A stretch of DNA of 64,000 nucleotides, from positions 20,179-84,178 of the forward strand of contig JBAXXT010000004.1 of NCBI GenBank assembly GCA_037127755.1. The letters run 5' to 3'. A program made the position numbers and the translations under genes. Origin of the DNA: Bacteroidota bacterium (GTDB lineage Bacteria; Bacteroidota; Bacteroidia; Chitinophagales; Chitinophagaceae). The notes beneath the pieces are model-generated. The model had not been told where the DNA came from. It saw only the letters and a list, made by a program, of their open reading frames with translations, and made no database searches. Below, one piece after another: positions 61,911-64,000 of the stretch (position 1 is its first letter; the number at the start of each line of letters is the position of its first letter).

Positions 61911-61962
61911 GCTAACTTAAATTTAGAAATACAAATTTTTGAATTGGTTCAGCTTGCGCTTA

Positions 61963-62712
61963 TTATTTTCCTTGCATAGCAGTTAACATGCTGCCATAAA
62001 CCTGATTTAATTTGCCTAGGTTATTTGCAAGTGCCGCAATCTCTGCTTTTGCTTTGAGTGCATCATCTGCTGTACCTGTCATTGCAGCCGAAGCTTGCGA
62101 CAGTTTACCATAGAATTGATTCAGTGCTTTCAGGTGATTATTACTCTCCTGTAATTCCAATTCGTAAATTGTATTTAAAGATGTAAGGTTCTTATTTAAA
62201 CCTTGCATTTGTTCATGAAAGTTCTTTGCAGATTCAGTGGCACCACTAAAGCCAGCTAATGAATGACTAGCATGTTGAGTTGCATCTTTAAATGCAACAA
62301 ATGCTACACTAGCTTCTTTTGCTTTTGAAGAAAAATCGGTAGTAGATTTCACCACGTCACCAATCTCACTCATATGCTCCACGGTATTTCCTAGTTTTTG
62401 AAAACTATTACTCAACTTACTTAAGTTAGCTGGAGTGATTTCTGCTTCTTGTAACATTTTATCCAATTCCTTTAATGCAGGATTTCCTTTTTCAACAGGA
62501 GCTGGAGCATATGAAGGGCCCATATCTGCTGGAGGTAAAATTGCATACACTAAAAATATCAAGGCTTCTGCACTCAACCCAATTTTCAAGGCCCAATCGG
62601 CCCAAGACAAGTGCAAAATTTTTCCCATTGCACCAAAAATTACAACAGAAGCACCAATACATACAATTACGTTTACTGCTCGATTTACAGTTGGAGAAAC
62701 ACCTTGGGACAT
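61963..62712 (-). CDS. gldL: Gliding motility/T9SS protein GldL (PorL)
   Basis: GASVVIFGAMGKILH...GL.AEALIF two-TM motif; coiled-coil tail ending LNQVYGSMLTAM. Confidence 0.96.
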   Translation of the reverse strand: MSQGVSPTVNRAVNVIVCIGASVVIFGAMGKILHLSWADWALKIGLSAEALIFLVYAILPPADMGPSYAPAPVEKGNPALKELDKMLQEAEITPANLSKLSNSFQKLGNTVEHMSEIGDVVKSTTDFSSKAKEASVAFVAFKDATQHASHSLAGFSGATESAKNFHEQMQGLNKNLTSLNTIYELELQESNNHLKALNQFYGKLSQASAAMTGTADDALKAKAEIAALANNLGKLNQVYGSMLTAMQGK

Positions 62713-62805
62713 AACAGTTATTTTTTAATATTAATTAAAACGTTTTTATCAGCAGGTATAAGTGATGATGATACCTATCAATTTTCAGCGAATTTATTCG
62801 AGTAA

Positions 62806-63999
62806 TTATTTTTTAGTCTTAGGAGCTAAGTCGATTACACAACGGAATCCAATATAAGATTTTGCAGTATCCTGATACTCAAAGTTTCTAGTACTTACTT
62901 GCAAGAAATATCCTACATCTTTCCAACTACCTCCACGAATTACTTTACGCTTCATTCTTGGCGGATCAGAGTCTTTCGCATCTATACGAACATCCGGACT
63001 CATGTCGCTAACAAAATTGTAAGCTCCTTCATAGAAATAAGAATTGGTCCACTCCGCCACGTTTCCAGCCATATTGTATAAACCATAATCGTTGGGCCAA
63101 TATGCATCTGCACGTACAGTATAGAAACCGCCATCTTCTGCGTAATTACCCCTACCCGGTTTAAAGTTGGCTAATAAACAACCTTTTTTATTTCTTAAAT
63201 AGTAGTTACCCCAAGGATACATGGAATTAGTACGAGCACCTCTTGCAGCGTATTCCCATTCTGCTTCACTTGGTAATCTGAAATCGCTTTCTATAGCTAA
63301 TTTTTTTCTTTCTAAAAAGCTATTCAAATAATGAGAGCGCCAATGACAGAAGGCTACAGCCTGCTTCCAGGTTACCCCAACTACTGGATAATTTCCAAAT
63401 GAAGGATGAGAAAAATATCTTTTAGTCATTGGTTCGTTATAAGAATAAGAGAAGTCTCTCATCCAAACCAATGTATCTGGATACACTTGTTGATCTCTTT
63501 TTACCATGAACTCTTTACGAGGATGGCCCGAATTTTCTCTTTTTGCAGCAGCTTGCAAATCGAAATACTCAATTCTATATACCAATTTTTCAGGATCGAT
63601 TTCAGCTTTGCCATATAATCTATTATCTGGCGCCAGATTCAATTCATTTAATTTTTCGATCGTATTTCTATCGTATTTGATGGTGGCTACTTTTTTAGGA
63701 TCAACAGCCATGGTATCATCATCTTTATTAATCCCTTGTCCAAAGAGGATTTTAAAAGCTAGAGAATCTCTGGTCCAAGTAACAAACTGACGATACTCAT
63801 TATTAGTAATCTCAGTTGCATCCATCCAAAAACCTGGAATAGAAACTTGTCTGTTACGAGTAGTCATGTTATAACTGATATCCTCATCACTAGGTCCCAT
63901 ATGAAATGTTCCCGGTGGGATATACACCATGTGCAGTGGACGGTTCATGCTCTGTTTAGAAGCTGGAGCTAAACCATGTAATTGTCCATCATCAGGCAT
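62806..63999 (-). CDS. gldK: Gliding motility/T9SS lipoprotein GldK (PorK), 5'-truncated by the window edge
   Basis: SUMF1/FGE domain: FWMDATEITNNEY, YPVVGVTW, RLPSEAEWEYAARG, LYNMAGNVAEW, IGFRC; no lipoprotein signal inside the window. Confidence 0.95.
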   Translation of the reverse strand: MPDDGQLHGLAPASKQSMNRPLHMVYIPPGTFHMGPSDEDISYNMTTRNRQVSIPGFWMDATEITNNEYRQFVTWTRDSLAFKILFGQGINKDDDTMAVDPKKVATIKYDRNTIEKLNELNLAPDNRLYGKAEIDPEKLVYRIEYFDLQAAAKRENSGHPRKEFMVKRDQQVYPDTLVWMRDFSYSYNEPMTKRYFSHPSFGNYPVVGVTWKQAVAFCHWRSHYLNSFLERKKLAIESDFRLPSEAEWEYAARGARTNSMYPWGNYYLRNKKGCLLANFKPGRGNYAEDGGFYTVRADAYWPNDYGLYNMAGNVAEWTNSYFYEGAYNFVSDMSPDVRIDAKDSDPPRMKRKVIRGGSWKDVGYFLQVSTRNFEYQDTAKSYIGFRCVIDLAPKTKK

Positions 64000-64000
64000 A

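Overview
AT-rich Bacteroidota core-chromosome window, most consistent with Chitinophagaceae (TAnnTTTG -7 promoter elements, no Shine-Dalgarno sites, gldKLMN, Bacteroidota-type atpB). It holds about 62 CDS, mostly housekeeping: ruvC, greA, rsmA, pdxA, atpBEFHA, rel, purA, gatA, tatA, rplS, rny, zapA, pheT, dnaB, rsmE, dnaX, nadC, gpmI, engB, uvrC and gldNML plus a partial gldK. I found no rRNA, tRNA, CRISPR array, IS or prophage. The signals most worth following up are: (1) an A10 run in dnaX at the gamma/tau boundary with stops in both shifted frames; (2) an ECF sigma followed by an anti-sigma with TM helix, long linker and beta-barrel, like the dual-membrane-spanning anti-sigmas; (3) a cluster of DnaA-box-like nonamers between pheT and dnaB; (4) a terminator between the greA promoter and its start codon; (5) a candidate ~60-nt sRNA between uvrC and gldN, antisense to CTATGAAAAA start regions; (6) a bacterial ceramide-synthase-like tandem GNAT protein; and (7) an ABC-2 operon ending in a LolA-like protein. 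All family assignments come from motif recognition by eye; no database searches were run.
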